The position numbers and the translations under genes are program-made. A stretch of DNA of 64,000 bases, taken from IMG/VR virus record IMGVR_UViG_3300021400_001366, positions 32,001 through 96,000 of that record; one strand, written 5' to 3'. Under the pieces are notes generated by a model. That model ran no database searches. It had not been told where the DNA came from and worked only from the letters and a program-made list of their open reading frames with translations. Positions 59,919-64,000 of the stretch are shown piece by piece. The first letter of the stretch is position 1. Each line of letters opens with the position of its first letter. Origin of the DNA: a virus (taxonomy: Duplodnaviria; Caudoviricetes).

Positions 59919-60380
59919 TTAAAACCTCTTGAAGAAAACCATGTATACGTTTTGCCAATTACCATCGCATGTATAACACGCGAAATCAGCATAATCAATG
60001 TCAGACAGCTTTTCACCGTCTGCCGTATACAAATTACTTCCATCGTTTCTTCCGTTAGTTGTTTTTACGCATTTGAATACCTCTACTCCATTTTCGCTGA
60101 TAATATAGCAGAAACAGCCAACCTCACAATTCTTAATGTCTATGAATCCTTGGTTGTAATGATCTGCTATAAACCCGCAGCCACCCTTATGAGAAATGCG
60201 GTAAGCCGCGCTATCCCATGCATCAACATAACCCTGTGCTTTATGATCGCCGTTGACGGTTTCATAAAGCTGGACGCTAATGCCGACAGATGGGATGTAC
60301 AGCCTACCGTATGCACCAGGAGATAAATTGGCATAATGGATAATCAGAGCCATAAACAGAGCTATGATTTTCCTAAACAT
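59919..60380 (-). CDS. sortase-fold-like protein
   Basis: signal anchor, GRLYIPSVGI, IADH and CYTC motifs. Confidence 0.6.
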   Translation of the reverse strand: MFRKIIALFMALIIHYANLSPGAYGRLYIPSVGISVQLYETVNGDHKAQGYVDAWDSAAYRISHKGGCGFIADHYNQGFIDIKNCEVGCFCYIISENGVEVFKCVKTTNGRNDGSNLYTADGEKLSDIDYADFACYTCDGNWQNVYMVFFKRF

Positions 60381-60382
60381 AG

Positions 60383-60769
60383 CTATTCAACCTTGTTATC
60401 TTTCACGATAACGCGCAGAGTCTTGAGCGAGTTATTAATCTCGGCGTCAATCCATTCAATGAGTTGGTCTTGATCTACAACCCTACTAAGAATTGGATAT
60501 TGGGCATAAATCTTGGCGATAACCTGCGAACGCTTGATTTCGCCAGCCTTGTTCCAATTTTCAAAGTCAATCTCGGCTTCAGTAATCATCTTTAGCATAC
60601 CTTGCTTGATTTGAACTTTTGCTATTTCAATTTTCTCATCTGTAGTCTTTGAAAGGTAATCCGCGATCTTTTTGTACAACCCAATGGCCAGACCCAACAG
60701 CACAAGGATGCTTGTCCAGTTATCATTAATGAAGGTCAAGAAACGATTTAAGCCATCTAAAATACTCAT
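60383..60769 (-). CDS. holin-like protein
   Basis: N-terminal TM helix, AE...GEIKRSQV pattern of LL-H-type holins. Confidence 0.6.
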   Translation of the reverse strand: MSILDGLNRFLTFINDNWTSILVLLGLAIGLYKKIADYLSKTTDEKIEIAKVQIKQGMLKMITEAEIDFENWNKAGEIKRSQVIAKIYAQYPILSRVVDQDQLIEWIDAEINNSLKTLRVIVKDNKVE

Positions 60770-60770
60770 T

Positions 60771-61145
60771 TTATCTCATTTCCTCTTCTAGTTCATCTTC
60801 GTCTATGACCGTTTCTTCCCGCAAGAATTTCATCTTTTCTTCCTGCTTCTTGCCGTGGTAGGCTTTCAGGCAGTAAATCGCATACGTCAAAATCTGTGCG
60901 CAAATATCCGTAATGAGTACACCTAAATAGCTGAGATCGGAGAAGTGCCACATCGCAATCATGGAATACAAGATAATGATGTTCAGCAGCGCGAACAGGT
61001 AAATAGCAATTAGCTTGCTTGTTTCGATATGCTTGCGCGGTTTGTATCTTGCTTCTTTCAGCATTTGCGCTTTAAGTATCTGGTCGTTGCGAAATTCTAT
61101 GCGTTTGAGCTGTTCATAGTATTGTTCGTCTGAAACGTATTTCAT
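60771..61145 (-). CDS. two-TM membrane protein (lysis module)
   Basis: two hydrophobic helices, YCLKA. Confidence 0.6.
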   Translation of the reverse strand: MKYVSDEQYYEQLKRIEFRNDQILKAQMLKEARYKPRKHIETSKLIAIYLFALLNIIILYSMIAMWHFSDLSYLGVLITDICAQILTYAIYCLKAYHGKKQEEKMKFLREETVIDEDELEEEMR

Positions 61146-61547
61146 TTAATCACCGACTAATTCAACAAATCCGTCAAGCGACATAATCTCCTTCGCGGTC
61201 ATGGTCTGGTCGCCCAAAGAATCATAGCTTATGGTGATAGGGGAGAACTCGCAATCCATTTCTGTATTGTTGAGTTCGTCGATTGCCTTTGAGAAGCCAA
61301 TCATATTTTTGAGTCCTTCGCGCTTTGATTCTTCGTCATCGCCATGAACGAATCGGATTGTGCCGTCTTGATTGGGCTGACCTTTGTATTGTTCGATAAG
61401 CGCTCTTTCGCGTTCGACACCGAACTGGTATACTTGGTCGATTTCCTTTGTGAGCTTGTAAACGTTATAAGCGTCACGCACAGGAAGGTTCATATTTGAA
61501 AGTTTTTGAAGCGCATTGTATGCGTTGTTAAATTGATTGTATTTCAT
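61146..61547 (-). CDS. hypothetical protein downstream of the tail fibre
   Basis: start MKYNQF after AAGGA. Confidence 0.6.
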   Translation of the reverse strand: MKYNQFNNAYNALQKLSNMNLPVRDAYNVYKLTKEIDQVYQFGVERERALIEQYKGQPNQDGTIRFVHGDDEESKREGLKNMIGFSKAIDELNNTEMDCEFSPITISYDSLGDQTMTAKEIMSLDGFVELVGD

Positions 61548-61567
61548 TTCTCTATCCTTTCTCTTAA

Positions 61568-64000
61568 TTAGGTTCCAACAGCTATCCAACAAAAACTACG
61601 CGAACTAGTATCACCGTTTTTTGAAATCTTAAAACCGCTAGTTGATCTCGCATGAACTGAATAACCTATATTTACAGATGTTTCCTTTAGAAGAGTAACG
61701 GTAACAATTGGAGTCGAAGAAAATGAATTAGTAAAGTTTACGGTTCCATCTTCGCTGGAGAAATTTATTGTACCATACTCTACCCTGACATTAGTAGTAG
61801 GAACAGATGTGACATACAGTTTCCCATTTAAAATTCCAAGTCCAGAACCATAGTCCACAGAAATAGTATTGTTGCTTATTGATATACCATTACCAGCAGA
61901 ATATGATGTGCCGCCGCCGCCGCCAGATGCAACATATAGCTGACCGCTACTATTCACCTTAATTGTGCTATTATCATATTTGACCATGCCATAATACGAC
62001 TGCGTTGCTGGTGGCATCTTGTAATTCGTAGTTCTACCATTAATAGTTATACTACCAATAGTTATAGCATTCGGATCAGAAACATAATCTGATGCTGATA
62101 CAGTAATACTGCTACCACCGCCGCCACTAAATTCTGCGTAGCTCGTTTCATTGCCAATGTAGTATTTTTCTGCGTACACATTACGACAATAAATATCACC
62201 GTCATATCTCTGATTATCTTTTCGCTTACCAACTTCAAGACCTAATGGATTTAAATGCGAAACGGCTGAACCGCTAGTTTTTAGATCGCCACTACTATTA
62301 ACTTCGCCAAGGAACACTTGTAGCGAACCCCATTCGTTTGTATACTCATCGCCAGCCGTATAGAATGTTGAAGCCCTAATACGCATACCATAGGTAGGAT
62401 TATACATTCTAAATCCATTATTCGTTATAGTAGTATACGAACCCGCTGTGGTTGCACCAGACGTTTGTATTTGATTAAAAGTAGAGACATTTGCTGACAA
62501 GTTACCAGAGAATGTTCCTGTAGCACCATCTAATGCGCCTTTAATCGTGCAATCACCATCAATAGTAAGATCGCTAACGTGCATAGAACCGCTTGATGAG
62601 TAAAAGCCAGAGCCAGTTACGCCACCAAAAGTAATCTTGCCGCTTCCATCTGTGGGTAGATTGGCTGCCTGAATATTACCACTGAAATACGCATTGCCAC
62701 CATAAATTTCCATCAATGCAGTACCACCGATAGTATAGAACCCTAGTTTGTCACTGGTCGCCTGAAAATACGAACCGTTTTGGTCACTTACCTTAATACC
62801 GACATATGGATTAATGTCAACACGATAACGATGTGGGTCTGAGCCATATCCGTATATATTGAATCCCATGCTCTCGCTGGTGATCTCTACCCACTCTTCT
62901 TCTTCAGCGTCATAACGGTAGAGTTTATTATTATCGTTGGTATCACACCATATATCGCCATCGCGCATACCTTCCGTTGGTGCATTATCTTGCGCAAAGG
63001 TCGCAACAGACATAGACGCAACATAATCACCAATATCCATTTCTTCTGCGCCATCGGCAATTGTCAAACTGGTAGCAGTAACAGCGCCGGTAAAACTGCC
63101 GTTCGCCGCGTCAATCGTTCCCTTGAAGTGCGCGTTACCCGCATTGTCCATCCAGATAACATCTTCATCGCCTGAAACACTTTTCGCGATTTCCAGAGTG
63201 TCGCCAGTAGGTTCATACCACCAATCGCCCGGTTCAAATGTGCTAGGCGCATCCTCGTACACCATTAGCTGATACTTGCCGATTGAAAGCCCTGTAATCA
63301 CAGATTGTGCTCCAACCGCTTTAGCAGTTACAGTACGGTTATTCCTTGTGGACAGCCTGAAATACTTTGCGTCAGAAGGTATGATCGTAGTTGTGCCAGC
63401 CATCAAATTAGAATGGAAGCTCTGATCTTCTTTATACAGTGCGTTATACTGCAAGTTGTCGGGTGAAGTTGTTGTAATTTCAATAGCTTCTGTATTTCCA
63501 AGGGCGACGAAATCAGTATATATCCAGTCTTGGTATGGTATTAGTGAACCATCTGAATCGCTAATATATCCTCCATCTGTCCATGAAAGGGTATAATCTG
63601 TTTCTACCTGACTTGAAGCCTTATATTCTGTCCATGTATGATTGTTCACTGTGCCTGAACAGTAATAGACCTTGTTAGTGGTGGAATCCACAAACAGGTC
63701 ATTCACGTTCGCTTCGTTCGCGTCTGGTTTGGTTGCCTGAACGTAGACATCTACGGTTTCCTCTGACAAGCTGCGGCTGGCCACATAATGCGAGACAACA
63801 TACTTCATATTTGCAGAAGCATCAGTTCCCCATTGTGCGGTTGCGCGTGACTTAACCTTGAACACATCAAAAACGCCATTCTTCGTTGAAACCAGCGTCA
63901 ATCCGTTTTCATCCAGCTTGATACTGCCACCGCGATTGTACACGTAAACCTTATTGGACAGCATCAACTTGCCGACAAGCGTATCAGCGATAACACCATA
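61568..64000 (-). CDS. large tail fibre/spike protein, 5'-truncated by the window edge
   Basis: frame open to the window end; GDxW repeats, Gly/Ser-rich beta modules, C-terminal VEYG...FSSTP...WIAVG domain. Confidence 0.8.
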   Translation of the reverse strand, partial: YGVIADTLVGKLMLSNKVYVYNRGGSIKLDENGLTLVSTKNGVFDVFKVKSRATAQWGTDASANMKYVVSHYVASRSLSEETVDVYVQATKPDANEANVNDLFVDSTTNKVYYCSGTVNNHTWTEYKASSQVETDYTLSWTDGGYISDSDGSLIPYQDWIYTDFVALGNTEAIEITTTSPDNLQYNALYKEDQSFHSNLMAGTTTIIPSDAKYFRLSTRNNRTVTAKAVGAQSVITGLSIGKYQLMVYEDAPSTFEPGDWWYEPTGDTLEIAKSVSGDEDVIWMDNAGNAHFKGTIDAANGSFTGAVTATSLTIADGAEEMDIGDYVASMSVATFAQDNAPTEGMRDGDIWCDTNDNNKLYRYDAEEEEWVEITSESMGFNIYGYGSDPHRYRVDINPYVGIKVSDQNGSYFQATSDKLGFYTIGGTALMEIYGGNAYFSGNIQAANLPTDGSGKITFGGVTGSGFYSSSGSMHVSDLTIDGDCTIKGALDGATGTFSGNLSANVSTFNQIQTSGATTAGSYTTITNNGFRMYNPTYGMRIRASTFYTAGDEYTNEWGSLQVFLGEVNSSGDLKTSGSAVSHLNPLGLEVGKRKDNQRYDGDIYCRNVYAEKYYIGNETSYAEFSGGGGSSITVSASDYVSDPNAITIGSITINGRTTNYKMPPATQSYYGMVKYDNSTIKVNSSGQLYVASGGGGGTSYSAGNGISISNNTISVDYGSGLGILNGKLYVTSVPTTNVRVEYGTINFSSEDGTVNFTNSFSSTPIVTVTLLKETSVNIGYSVHARSTSGFKISKNGDTSSRSFCWIAVGT

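Overview
64-kb segment of a large, probably temperate tailed phage (or prophage) of an anaerobic Firmicute. Evidence: strong GGAGG/GGTGAT ribosome-binding sites, sigmaA-type promoters and NrdD/NrdG. The + strand (1-49.4 kb) holds early/middle genes: six DNA methyltransferases and a PAPS-reductase-family enzyme, a tRNA/ncRNA cluster, an RNA-repair set (intein-containing RNA ligase, PNK-HD, Thg1, RlaP-like nucleotidyltransferase), replication genes (Sak, SSB, DnaB, DnaG, intron-split DnaE), nucleotide metabolism and a large serine recombinase. The - strand (49.4-64 kb) holds a tyrosine recombinase and tail/receptor-binding and lysis genes. Three group I introns (PAPS reductase, dnaE, endolysin) and one intein can be placed to the base. 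Most unusual signals: (1) a PAPS-reductase-family gene whose variable region has three G/C homopolymer tracts flanking two segments open in all three frames, each hiding variant copies of one basic-helix motif in the silent frames, a candidate slippage-driven frame-cassette switch; (2) a complete tRNA-like element inserted exactly in the anticodon of a tRNA-Ile(UAU) gene; (3) G/C tracts in three methyltransferases, two currently out of frame, suggesting a phase-variable phage methylome; (4) a helical protein gene followed by a ~380-nt closed-stem RNA carrying ~13 degenerate 7-nt repeats. All family assignments come from motif recognition by eye, without database searches.
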